Shown here piece after piece: positions 17,594 through 26,355 of a stretch of DNA of 64,000 nt; position 1 is the first letter of the stretch, and each line of letters begins with the position of its first letter. This DNA is from an uncultured Parcubacteria group bacterium. GTDB lineage: Bacteria; Patescibacteriota; Patescibacteriia; UBA9934; CAMTUG01. The notes under the pieces were generated by a model. The model saw nothing but the letters and a program-made list of their open reading frames with translations. It was not told the DNA's origin and ran no database searches. Both the position numbers and the translations under genes were made by a program. The stretch is taken from contig CAMTUG010000001.1 in assembly GCA_947084965.1 (NCBI GenBank), positions 276,206 to 340,205 on the forward strand, given 5' to 3'.

Positions 17594-19048
17594 ATGACAG
17601 AGAACACGTTTTTCGGGTTAGGGATTGCGCCAAAGCTGCTCGACGTTTTGCAAGCCAATAAATACGTCACGCCAACGCCGATTCAGCAAAAGGCGATCCC
17701 GATCGCCATTGAAGGGAAGGATATCGTTGGAATCGCACAGACCGGAACGGGAAAGACGCTCGCTTTTTCCATCCCGATGCTTCAGCGACTGGCCGCCACC
17801 GGGGGAAAAGGGTTGGTGATTTTGCCAACCCGCGAATTAGCGTTGCAGGTCGAAGAAACGGTCATGAAGATCGGCCGCACGGCTGGGATTCGCACCGCTG
17901 TTTTAATTGGTGGTGCGTCGATGGGGTTACAGAAGAAGATGATCGAACGCAAGCCGCACGTGATCGTGGCCACCCCAGGTCGCTTGAATGATCATTTGCA
18001 GCAGGGGACGGTCAAGCTCGATGACGTCCGAGTTTTGGTGCTCGATGAAGCGGATCGCATGCTCGATATGGGCTTTGCTCCGCAGATCAACAAGATCATG
18101 GTCAAGTTGCCAAAGGATCGCCAGACGATGTTGTTTTCGGCAACGATGCCGCAGGAGATCGCCAAGATGGCCGCGGAATTTATGAAGCTCCCGTTGCGCG
18201 TCGAGATCGCCCGTCAAGGGACGACGGCTGAGCGGGTGGTGCAAGAAATGTTTGTGGTCAACAAAGAAGACAAGCAGCGTCTGCTCGAAAAATTACTCAC
18301 GGAATATAAAGGTACGGTTCTTGTCTTTTCACGCACCAAGCACGGGGCAAAAAAGATTTGCAAAGCGATCCAGACGATGGGGCACACCTCGGCCGAAATC
18401 CATTCCAATCGCTCACTTGCCCAGCGTAAAGAGGCGTTGAATGGATTTAAGAGCGGGAAGTATCGCGTCCTTGTAGCCACCGACATCGCTGCTCGCGGGA
18501 TCGACGTTACGGGGATTGAACTGGTCATCAACTTTGATCTTCCGGATGCTTCCGAAGACTACGTCCATCGCATCGGCCGCACCGGCCGCGCCGGCATGGC
18601 TGGTCGCGCTATTTCCTTTGCTACACCAGATCAACGCGGAGACATTCGCCAGATCGAGCGCTTAGTGCGTACCCAATTCAACTTGTTGAAACCAGAAGGG
18701 TTGCCAGAGCGCCGTGCTGCGCCGCCTGCTGATCCTAAGGATCAACGCACCCATGGCGGTCCTGCGCGTCATGGTGGAGGCCCATCACGCCACGGCCGTT
18801 CGCCACAAGGCGGCCGCCCGAATCGTGATGCTTCCCGTTTTGAACAAAAATCTCATCCAGCCCCACAGCATCACGCTTCGACCGGCGGATCGTCCGCTCC
18901 TCGTCGTGACGACGCTCGTCCACCGCGCCGAGACGATTCGCGTCCACCCCGCCGCGAAGGCGGTCACGGCCGCTCATCCGGCGCCGGCAATCCAAACCGC
19001 CCACCCAAGCGCGGCCCCAAGAAGTATTTTTACGGTTCAGCCTGGTAA
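17594..19048 (+). CDS. DEAD-box ATP-dependent RNA helicase with Arg/Gly/Pro-rich disordered C-terminal tail
   Basis: Q-motif, GTGKT, DEAD (VLDEADRML), SAT, HRIGRTGRAG; the tail carries RPPRRDD repeats. Confidence 0.85.
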   Translation: MTENTFFGLGIAPKLLDVLQANKYVTPTPIQQKAIPIAIEGKDIVGIAQTGTGKTLAFSIPMLQRLAATGGKGLVILPTRELALQVEETVMKIGRTAGIRTAVLIGGASMGLQKKMIERKPHVIVATPGRLNDHLQQGTVKLDDVRVLVLDEADRMLDMGFAPQINKIMVKLPKDRQTMLFSATMPQEIAKMAAEFMKLPLRVEIARQGTTAERVVQEMFVVNKEDKQRLLEKLLTEYKGTVLVFSRTKHGAKKICKAIQTMGHTSAEIHSNRSLAQRKEALNGFKSGKYRVLVATDIAARGIDVTGIELVINFDLPDASEDYVHRIGRTGRAGMAGRAISFATPDQRGDIRQIERLVRTQFNLLKPEGLPERRAAPPADPKDQRTHGGPARHGGGPSRHGRSPQGGRPNRDASRFEQKSHPAPQHHASTGGSSAPRRDDARPPRRDDSRPPRREGGHGRSSGAGNPNRPPKRGPKKYFYGSAW

Positions 19049-19060
19049 TCTCTGCTTCGT

Positions 19061-19384
19061 ATGCCCGTCATCCGCATTGATTTCGACAACGAAAAAGTTT
19101 CGGAGGCGGAGGTGAAATCGCTTTCAGAAGCGACGCGTATGATTGTCCTCGAGACGACCGGCACAGATGATGTGATGGTCTACGCCAACAGCGCACAGAT
19201 CAAAGTCAACGTGCACCCGATCGAGATCTTCGTACAAATGAGTGCGCATAAAGTGAAGGATCTCGAGGAACTCGTGGCCACCATCAAATCTCGCCTCGCG
19301 GAGTGGAAGCAAACAAACAACTTTACCCACCCGATCAATTTTACCTTCATGCCGATGCAGTGGAAGATCGAAATTGGGATTTAG
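19061..19384 (+). CDS. Hypothetical protein, possibly tautomerase/MIF-superfamily (N-terminal Met-Pro)
   Basis: Begins MPVIRIDF... and is ~107 aa; the assignment rests on weak resemblance only. Confidence 0.35.
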   Translation: MPVIRIDFDNEKVSEAEVKSLSEATRMIVLETTGTDDVMVYANSAQIKVNVHPIEIFVQMSAHKVKDLEELVATIKSRLAEWKQTNNFTHPINFTFMPMQWKIEIGI

Positions 19385-19529
19385 CCGATCTCTTGATCGA
19401 TTTAAGATTTTGTCGTACGATCCCCACGCATTCCGGGAGCCGACTGCATCGGCCCCGTCGTTCGCTCGGGAATGTCGAAGCGGTGAGTTTCTCCATTGCG
19501 CTCACTCACTCCGGGATCGTCTAATGGCA

Positions 19530-19603
19530 GGACAGCGGCCTTTGAAGCCGTGAATCGTGGTTCGAATCCACGTCCCGGAACCAAGAAAAATGACCAGCGC
19601 GTG
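19530..19603 (+). tRNA. tRNA-Gln (anticodon TTG)
   Basis: TCCGGGA acceptor, anticodon loop CTTTGAA, T-arm CGTGGTTCGAATCCACG, TCCCGGA-A-CCA. Confidence 0.8.
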
Positions 19604-19637
19604 CTGGTCGTTTTTCTTTGTCGACGTGGATTCGAAT
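19604..19637. terminator. Bidirectional terminator hairpin between tRNA-Gln and mscL
   Basis: aaaaat-gaccagc-gcgt-gctggtc-gttttt. Confidence 0.65.
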
Positions 19638-19662
19638 GGGAAGAGGTGCCTCGCCCTGGGCC

Positions 19663-20061
19663 TTACACAGCAACTTGTGTACAAAAAGAACACCGTTTTG
19701 CTTGGCGTGGAATTTCACTCAGGCATTCCTTGCATTTTTTTGTTGTAGGGTCTTCTGAAGGTTTGTTGCGAGATTTGGAAACGAGTAGATTCATGGGTTT
19801 GACCACGAAAAAGAAGACAGCGGTGGCTACAAGAAAGAATCCAATGAGGGCATTAATAAAGTGACCGTAAAGGAATTGACTGCCGTTAATCGTAAATGTG
19901 AGTTCACTAAAATCAGGTACTTTGGCAACAGCGGCGATGAGCGGAGTAAGGAGGTCATTTACGAGAGACGAGACCACTGTTCCAAATGCCGTACCTATGA
20001 TGACCCCAACCGCCAGGTCTACGACATTTCCCCTCAATAAAAACTGCTTAAATTCATGCAT
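19663..20061 (-). CDS. mscL: Large-conductance mechanosensitive channel MscL with a C-terminal CxxC...CxxC extension
   Basis: FKQFLLRGNVVDLAVGVIIGTAFGTVVSSLVNDLLTPLI. Tail CKECLSEIPRQAKRCSFC. Confidence 0.8.
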   Translation of the reverse strand: MHEFKQFLLRGNVVDLAVGVIIGTAFGTVVSSLVNDLLTPLIAAVAKVPDFSELTFTINGSQFLYGHFINALIGFFLVATAVFFFVVKPMNLLVSKSRNKPSEDPTTKKCKECLSEIPRQAKRCSFCTQVAV

Positions 20062-20155
20062 ATATTCTATGGTGTATAAGTAAACAACCCACATCCTAAT
20101 TATACAGGAGCTTCCTAAGTTTCAACACGTCTGTTTGTGTTATACTTCGATATAT

Positions 20156-20644
20156 ATGAAAAAAATTCTGCTTTTAACTCTTGCTGTTTTTATTCTTGCG
20201 GTGGCCTACTGGCTCTTGTCACCATTTTTTATCGATAAGCAGGTTTCAGAAGATTCTCCTCTGTTGGAGCAGGGGACAGTAGAGATAAGCGATGAGACGG
20301 ATCCAGAACGCGTTCTTCCGCAGCAAGTCGCCAGCGGGATGTTTGTCGGTTTTGATGACATTCATCACGGGAGTGGTACGGCATCGCTCATAAAAACTGA
20401 CAGCGGCTATGTGTTGCGTTTCGAGGAGGACTTTGTTGTGGCCAATGGCCCTGATCTGTACGTAGGATTGGGAACTGATGGTCAGTATGTGAAGGATTCC
20501 GAGATCTCAAAACTAAAAGGTAATATCGGATCTCAGAATTACGAGCTCCCACCAGATTTCGACATCACCACGACGAACGAAGTTTGGATTTGGTGCCGAG
20601 CGTTTTCAACCCCGTTTGCGAGAGCCGTTCTGGATCAAAGATGA
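20156..20644 (+). CDS. Secreted/membrane-anchored DM13-domain protein
   Basis: Signal/TM N-terminus; GFDDIHHGSGTASLIKTDSGYVLRFEEDFVVANGPDLYVGL matches the DM13 pattern. Confidence 0.55.
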   Translation: MKKILLLTLAVFILAVAYWLLSPFFIDKQVSEDSPLLEQGTVEISDETDPERVLPQQVASGMFVGFDDIHHGSGTASLIKTDSGYVLRFEEDFVVANGPDLYVGLGTDGQYVKDSEISKLKGNIGSQNYELPPDFDITTTNEVWIWCRAFSTPFARAVLDQR

Positions 20645-21124
20645 TTATTTTTTGCCCGGAGTCAGGGCGAGCATCCAGCGAATGCGTAATTGAGAAGATT
20701 TTTTGATCCAAGGGAAAGGAAAGTCAAACCAAATGCGCATGAACGTTTCGTGATCCAGGGATCGCCGCTTTCCATTTTCTGGATCAATAAAGATCACACG
20801 CAGATCCGTTACGCCGACAACGACAGAATAATGGCCTTCGTTAACAGAAAACCAGTTAAAAATAACAGGAACGCCTTTTTCACAGTACGCACGTATATCA
20901 GCGATCGTGGAGTGCTTTTTCCATCGCCCGCGAAAACCGTAGTGGTGTGCTGCGGTGAGCATCTGTGAAGGAGATGTTCCGTGGGAAACGGTCGTTTTGG
21001 CGAGGCGGCCAATTTCGCGTTGGGTAGCGACAACTCCATAATACGCGAAGACCATCTGCAGGCTTGCAGGACCACAATACGAGGGATATTGACGATAGGC
21101 GGGAACGTCTAGGTTTTTTGACAT
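20645..21124 (-). CDS. Papain-like C39-type peptidase-domain protein
   Basis: YPSYCGPASLQMVFAYYG catalytic Cys context, with downstream His/Asp-like residues. Confidence 0.5.
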   Translation of the reverse strand: MSKNLDVPAYRQYPSYCGPASLQMVFAYYGVVATQREIGRLAKTTVSHGTSPSQMLTAAHHYGFRGRWKKHSTIADIRAYCEKGVPVIFNWFSVNEGHYSVVVGVTDLRVIFIDPENGKRRSLDHETFMRIWFDFPFPWIKKSSQLRIRWMLALTPGKK

Positions 21125-21136
21125 ACGAAACTCAAA

Positions 21137-21730
21137 TTAGTGCAGTTGTTTCTTTCTGCCGAGGAGGATCGCGGCTACGACGGCAAAGTTACAGATGAAA
21201 ATATAGAACGGGTAGGCGAGGAGGGGGAGGTCAATGACGCCGACAGCTAACAGGCCAAAGAATCCTCCGGTGCCAGAAAGGGCCCAAGTGATTAACGTTT
21301 CGCTCTCTGGATGTTCGTAGGATTTGATGACGGTCAGCCAGGCGCCCATGGCGTCAATCAATACGGTTAAGTAGACGGCGATGACCGCATTATCGGTAAA
21401 GTACCAGATGAGCAACGTTACCGCGGCCGCAAGAAGGGTGATTACATCGCGTTTGAGGAGTCCGCCGAATCCGTAGCGGATCGAGAGGAGAAGAACAATG
21501 ATCACGCCGATCCCTTGAATGCCTGGGAGCCAGAGGGAATGGGTAGCACCCACGGCGAGTTGGGTAAAGAACCCCATGGCAGTGAGCACGCTCCAAATTA
21601 GCCACGACGCACGTTCTGGCCTCACAGTCCCTTTCACGATGGCGATGATGTACGGCGGATAGGAGATCGCACTAAAAACTCCTGCCAGGATGCCGAAAAT
21701 AGCGAGAATGTTCATATAGTTACAACCCAC
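21137..21730 (-). CDS. Hypothetical polytopic membrane protein (~6 TM)
   Basis: Hydrophobic throughout; overlaps the FemAB gene by 11 nt, consistent with an operon. Confidence 0.5.
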   Translation of the reverse strand: MGCNYMNILAIFGILAGVFSAISYPPYIIAIVKGTVRPERASWLIWSVLTAMGFFTQLAVGATHSLWLPGIQGIGVIIVLLLSIRYGFGGLLKRDVITLLAAAVTLLIWYFTDNAVIAVYLTVLIDAMGAWLTVIKSYEHPESETLITWALSGTGGFFGLLAVGVIDLPLLAYPFYIFICNFAVVAAILLGRKKQLH

Positions 21731-22739
21731 GCTTTAAGCGGCGGAACGTTTCGATGGCGAAGTTGAGCCAGTACTTTTTGGTGAGCGGCAGGTCTTGGGC
21801 GTGAACGTACTCTTCGGGGAATCCACCGAATCCTTTTTTGAAAAGCGACAGTCCGGCCCAGGGGTGTTTGGGTTTGTTGTCCGGGGAGATTCCCCAGAAG
21901 TTATAGAGCGTACAGCCCCGGCGCTTGGCTTCTTGAATCGCTCGCCATTGCAAAAGCGATGAGGCGTTCAAGTGAGGGAAGATCTGAAGTGAACCGCTGT
22001 GGTGATAGTAGGCGGAACCGTTGTAGAAGATAATGATCGAGGCGGCGATGATCGTCCCTTGATAGGTGCCAAAGAAAAAGGCGGCCTGGTTGTCTTTAGC
22101 AAAAAGGTCAAACTCTTGTTTGAGGTAGGACTTGCTGAACGGCGTGTAGTGCTGACGATCCGCTGTCGCTTTGTACACTTTCCAAAAATCTTCCATCGCT
22201 TCCGGGTCGGTGCGCATGGTGATTTCGATCCTGTCCTTTTCTGACTTTTTGATCAGGTAGCGTGTTGTTTTGCGCATCTCTTTCAATAGCGTTTCCTCAT
22301 CTTTGGTGATGTCGAGGAGCCAGGAGAGTTCTGGATGCATGTGAATCGGTGCAGGGCGGAATCCTAGTGATGCGTAGAGACTTTTTTCCGTCACGGGTTG
22401 TAGTGGACAGATGCGAATGAAATCGCAGCGCTCGCGTTGTCCGATGTTAAGGAGTTCCTCGACGAGCACCTTGAGAATCCCAGCTGCGTCTGCATCTCTG
22501 GCGACCGTCGGACCGTGTGGACAGAGCAAAAAGGCTCCACGACGGGCGTTAATCTTAATGAGCAGAGCTACAGCCATCAATTGCTCCGCGCGATACACAC
22601 CCAGGCGGAAGATCTTTGATCCTGAGTGCTCGTACTGCAACCCCCATTTCCAGGAATGCAAAAACGTATGCGGACGCTGTTCTTGCATGAACGCTTCCCA
22701 ACGTTGTTCATCCTTTATTTCTGCAACGGAATAGTTCAT
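21720..22739 (-). CDS. FemAB-family aminoacyl-tRNA-dependent peptidyltransferase (FemX/MurM-like)
   Basis: 339 aa with FemAB-like motifs (HSWKWG, LLQWRAIQEAKRRG). Confidence 0.65.
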   Translation of the reverse strand: MNYSVAEIKDEQRWEAFMQEQRPHTFLHSWKWGLQYEHSGSKIFRLGVYRAEQLMAVALLIKINARRGAFLLCPHGPTVARDADAAGILKVLVEELLNIGQRERCDFIRICPLQPVTEKSLYASLGFRPAPIHMHPELSWLLDITKDEETLLKEMRKTTRYLIKKSEKDRIEITMRTDPEAMEDFWKVYKATADRQHYTPFSKSYLKQEFDLFAKDNQAAFFFGTYQGTIIAASIIIFYNGSAYYHHSGSLQIFPHLNASSLLQWRAIQEAKRRGCTLYNFWGISPDNKPKHPWAGLSLFKKGFGGFPEEYVHAQDLPLTKKYWLNFAIETFRRLKRGL

Positions 22740-23935
22740 ACCTCGTGTTGAGTGGCAAACCAGGCGTTCACTTCGCGTACAATGCGCTCGGCGTCGGCCT
22801 TGGAGATCGAACGGTGCGTCGGTAAGTTGAGAATCTGCTCAGAAACGAACTCCGACTGCGGGCACGTCCCGGTATAATCGGTCAGGTACATGTATTTTTT
22901 AGGTGCGATTGGAGCATCGTACCAAATGTCGCTGATGTAGATACGGCGCTTGCGCAGATAGGTGATCAGACCTTCTCGCTGTTTTACGAGAATCGGGAAG
23001 CGCAGATAGATCGCATCGTTATGATTCGCGGCTAACATTAAAAGATCTTTGCTAAGACCTGATTGATATATTTCGGTAATCATCTTGCGATGCGTAATCA
23101 TCTTCGGAAGAACGGTGTATTCATGCATCGCTTGCACGGTGTACCAACTCGGAAGTTCGTGCGCTTCGACCGTCATGCCAGGAGGAAGAGGTTTGGAAAG
23201 CAGATGCAAGGATCGGCAGACTTTGTGAAGTAGTTTCCCAATACCTAGCGCATGAGTGAGCCGAATTTTATAGGTGAGGGTCGGATAAAAACGATCGCGC
23301 AGTTGCTGTGAGCGAGAGATCTGTTTTGCTGGAGCGTGCGTTTTGTCGCTGTACTGCTTCGAACGGGTGATCAGCGCGCCGCCGGAAACGGCATCAATCA
23401 CTTTGTCTTGGCTAAACGAAAGGATCGTGAAGTCGCCGATCGTTCCGGCTTCTTCACCAGATGTGTATTGAACGCCGATCGAATGAGCCAAGTCCTCGAT
23501 CAACACCAACTGTTTTGATCGACAGAACTCGGCGATCTCTCGCGCTTCACACGGCTCGCCAAGCGTATTTTGAATGATGACAACGGTGATATCTGGGTTT
23601 GCTTCCACGGCGGTTTTCAACGCATCAAGGGAGAAGTTCAGCGAACCTGGTTCAATATCGAGGAGCTCGGCACGATATCCGCTGTTCACAATGGCCTGAT
23701 AGACGGCATAACAGGTGAAGCCGTTGATGATGACCGTACTTCCAGGCTTAGTGATTTTATTCAGAGCGAGGGCGATCGCTTCGCGGCCTTTGTAGGTGAG
23801 GGTCACTTCGCCGCCATAGCGTGACGATAAGAAATCAATAAAGCGCTGGCGTCTGGCCGGTGTGCCAACAGCCAGAAACGTTCGCCAAGCGTCGAAGAAT
23901 CCGTAGTTTGATCCGAGAGAGTTGAAGATGCTCAT
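22736..23935 (-). CDS. DegT/DnrJ/EryC1/StrS-family PLP-dependent aminotransferase (nucleotide-sugar aminotransferase-like)
   Basis: ILSFSQDKVIDAVSGGALITRS (PLP-lysine context), DLAHSIG, overall DegT-like. Confidence 0.7.
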   Translation of the reverse strand: MSIFNSLGSNYGFFDAWRTFLAVGTPARRQRFIDFLSSRYGGEVTLTYKGREAIALALNKITKPGSTVIINGFTCYAVYQAIVNSGYRAELLDIEPGSLNFSLDALKTAVEANPDITVVIIQNTLGEPCEAREIAEFCRSKQLVLIEDLAHSIGVQYTSGEEAGTIGDFTILSFSQDKVIDAVSGGALITRSKQYSDKTHAPAKQISRSQQLRDRFYPTLTYKIRLTHALGIGKLLHKVCRSLHLLSKPLPPGMTVEAHELPSWYTVQAMHEYTVLPKMITHRKMITEIYQSGLSKDLLMLAANHNDAIYLRFPILVKQREGLITYLRKRRIYISDIWYDAPIAPKKYMYLTDYTGTCPQSEFVSEQILNLPTHRSISKADAERIVREVNAWFATQHEV

Positions 23936-23936
23936 A

Positions 23937-24623
23937 CTAGGCGAGCTCCTGAATGATCTGTTCAGCGACAACTTCCGGATGCGTAACGTGTGGGGAGTGT
24001 CGCGCATTTGGAATCACAAAAAGCTTTGAATTCTCAATCGATCGGTGCATCAACTCACCGTCACTAAGCGGGGTGCTGCCGTCGTTCGCGCCCCAAATGA
24101 GGAGTGTTGGTGCTTTGATGCTTGATAAAACGGAACGCAGATCAACGCCGATCAGGTTAGCCATCGTTTTGCGCATGGCGGGACTTGCCTTCTCATAATC
24201 GCGTTCGCGGGCGGCACGATAGAGAAGTTTGCGTAGGCGATCGGATGAACTGAAGAGCTTTCCGACTTTGGCGAGGAGCCAAAAGACGCTGCGCTTGATG
24301 CGAATTTTTAAACCGTTCGGATAGATCCCGGCGCTGTCGATCAAAATCAATCGCTCAACTTTTTCTGGATATCGTGAAGCAAAAGCGATCGAGATGCGCC
24401 CGCCGTTTGAGTGGCCGACTAAGATGACCTTCTCTTCGTCTTTGAGTTCTGACTTCAACCAATCAACGTAATCATCGAGCGTCCAGGTGCGATCGGTGCC
24501 GTCGGTTAAGCCCGGAACGGGCAACAATTGCGAATCAATCCCGCTTTGCTTAAGCAGGGCGATGAGCGGATTCCAGGTGTCGGTGGTGTACGTCCAACCG
24601 TGGAGGATGTAAATCTTTTTCAT
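23937..24623 (-). CDS. Alpha/beta-fold hydrolase
   Basis: HGW...VGHSNGG nucleophile elbow, with Asp and His in the C-terminal part. Confidence 0.65.
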   Translation of the reverse strand: MKKIYILHGWTYTTDTWNPLIALLKQSGIDSQLLPVPGLTDGTDRTWTLDDYVDWLKSELKDEEKVILVGHSNGGRISIAFASRYPEKVERLILIDSAGIYPNGLKIRIKRSVFWLLAKVGKLFSSSDRLRKLLYRAARERDYEKASPAMRKTMANLIGVDLRSVLSSIKAPTLLIWGANDGSTPLSDGELMHRSIENSKLFVIPNARHSPHVTHPEVVAEQIIQELA

Positions 24624-25894
24624 AATGACCACTGCTTACGGCGAATCTGCCAGATCTGTTCGCGGCGGCAGAGCTTGTTTACATCGTCAGGGGAGGCAAG
24701 GAGATGTTCGATGACCCCTTCGAGGAATCGCGCGCCCTTAAATAGCAAAACCTCATCGCCTTTGATCGCAGACGAAAGATAATCAAGTGCGTCCTTCGGT
24801 TGGATGAATGATTCAATGTGCACTCCACGTTCTTCAAGTTCAGCTAACTTTGGCAGAGTGTACTTGGTGAGGCGTGGACCGACAAGAATGATCTGTTCGA
24901 AGTCGCTATCCACCAGGAGTTCAGCGAGGCCTTCGTGCTCGGTTTGCTCCTGTTCACCTTGCTCGATCAGATCACCAAGGATCGCCCACTTTTTTTCTGC
25001 TCGAAGTTGATTGACCATCGATACAATGACAGAGACAGAAGCGAGGTTGGCGTTATAGCTGCTGTCGATGATCGTTGTGTTTTTGATTCCAGCAAACAAC
25101 GAGCTCCGTCCTGGGGGCATGACAAGGCGTGAGAAGTGTTCGTCCGTTTGCTGTCCAAAGTATTCACAAATAACAGGCGTGGCAGCGATCGCATAGAACG
25201 TTTCTTTTGGAAGAAGATAGGGGAGATGATACGCGCGCCCACTGATCACAAATCCTGTCCCGGTCGTGGCAACGGAATATTCTTCGAGGTGGTCATCCTC
25301 GCGCACTTCGCGCCATTCGGCGGTCGTGCGTTTTTTCTGATCAACGATTAGTTTGTTGTCACCGTTCGTGATAACGAGTTTTGATGCCTGTTCGACGAAA
25401 TACCCAAACTCGTAGGCGATCGCCTCGTCTACGTTAGTAAACTTTCCTGTGCGCAGTAATTTTTCAAACTGCTGGCTGTGCGTTCGAGCACAGCTGAGCC
25501 AGATAACAATTTCTGGCTTGAGTAAAGCACTCAGGAAGCGACCTTCTCCTGGACGTTCCGCATCGGCTTCGACAACATAGATTTTCTCTGTCGGCGGTTT
25601 TTTCCAGGCCCGAATCGGAGCGAGAAGAAAAAGACCGATCCACTCAACGGGAGAAAACGTCGTACGTTTCAACCCGAGAATATCAAACGGAATTCCGTAA
25701 GTGCTGTTAGCGTGATGAGAATACTTGGCCGCTGTCTGCAGCTGCGATTCGAGCAGATGGAGGGCGGTCGTCTTTCCGTTTGATCCGGTAACAACAACAA
25801 TGCGCGGCTTCCAGAGGTGCAATTGAATCAACGCGCAATACTTAAAATAATGCGCGATAAAAAAATACAGTTTGTGCTTGATTTTCCTGAACAT
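24620..25894 (-). CDS. murF: Mur-ligase-family protein, MurF-like (lacks N-terminal domain; hydrophobic N-terminus)
   Basis: VVTGSNGKTT P-loop. C-terminal IIDSSYNANLASV...ILGDLIEQGEQE...LLFKGARF resembles MurF DDSYNAN...GDMAELG. Confidence 0.55.
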   Translation of the reverse strand: MFRKIKHKLYFFIAHYFKYCALIQLHLWKPRIVVVTGSNGKTTALHLLESQLQTAAKYSHHANSTYGIPFDILGLKRTTFSPVEWIGLFLLAPIRAWKKPPTEKIYVVEADAERPGEGRFLSALLKPEIVIWLSCARTHSQQFEKLLRTGKFTNVDEAIAYEFGYFVEQASKLVITNGDNKLIVDQKKRTTAEWREVREDDHLEEYSVATTGTGFVISGRAYHLPYLLPKETFYAIAATPVICEYFGQQTDEHFSRLVMPPGRSSLFAGIKNTTIIDSSYNANLASVSVIVSMVNQLRAEKKWAILGDLIEQGEQEQTEHEGLAELLVDSDFEQIILVGPRLTKYTLPKLAELEERGVHIESFIQPKDALDYLSSAIKGDEVLLFKGARFLEGVIEHLLASPDDVNKLCRREQIWQIRRKQWSL

Positions 25895-25967
25895 TTCGGC
25901 TGGTTATAGCCCCCCCGTGAACACCCTAAACCTTTCAGAGAATAACAGAATTCGAGCATTTTGACCA

Positions 25968-26025
25968 CAAAAATCAGAAGCCGCCCTCGGGAGAGTGTGT
26001 CGCGAAGGCGACTTCCGAGAGCGGC
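25968..26025 (-). terminator. Rho-independent terminator of the GC-rich Zn-ribbon cassette gene
   Basis: On the minus strand, gccgctctcgg...ccgagggcggc followed by ttctgatttttg. Confidence 0.55.
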
Positions 26026-26035
26026 GTGAGCCGGG

Positions 26036-26329
26036 TCAGTGGTAGAGGATGGTCGGATCGTCCGAACCGTCCGTGCCGGTGGTGGCGACCCTCCAGGCTC
26101 GGAGGATGCGTTGTAGTACCTCGTCTGGTTCGGCGGCCTTCGGCGTGACCGGAGGGTTCGAGGGCGTCATCGCGGCGTATCGATGACCGCAGTCCTCGCA
26201 GACGTACTCCGTCGTTGGGCGATCCGCCCCGAAGTTCACGATCTCCACGAGCTGGGTGTTCCGTCGCGGGCACCAGTCGCAGTCGCCGGTACACAGAGGG
26301 TTGCTCTGAAGCAGGCGGGTCTTAGACAT
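26036..26329 (-). CDS. Small Cys-rich zinc-ribbon protein, extreme GC3, inserted inside the operon
   Basis: GGAG SD 5 nt upstream. CTGDCDWC...CEDCGHRY forms two CxxC pairs. Almost all third positions are G/C. A putative TTGACG-17-TATTCC promoter lies in the 3' end of the RimK gene. Confidence 0.65.
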   Translation of the reverse strand: MSKTRLLQSNPLCTGDCDWCPRRNTQLVEIVNFGADRPTTEYVCEDCGHRYAAMTPSNPPVTPKAAEPDEVLQRILRAWRVATTGTDGSDDPTILYH

Positions 26330-26355
26330 GAGGTCTCCTGGTTGAACTAGGAATA

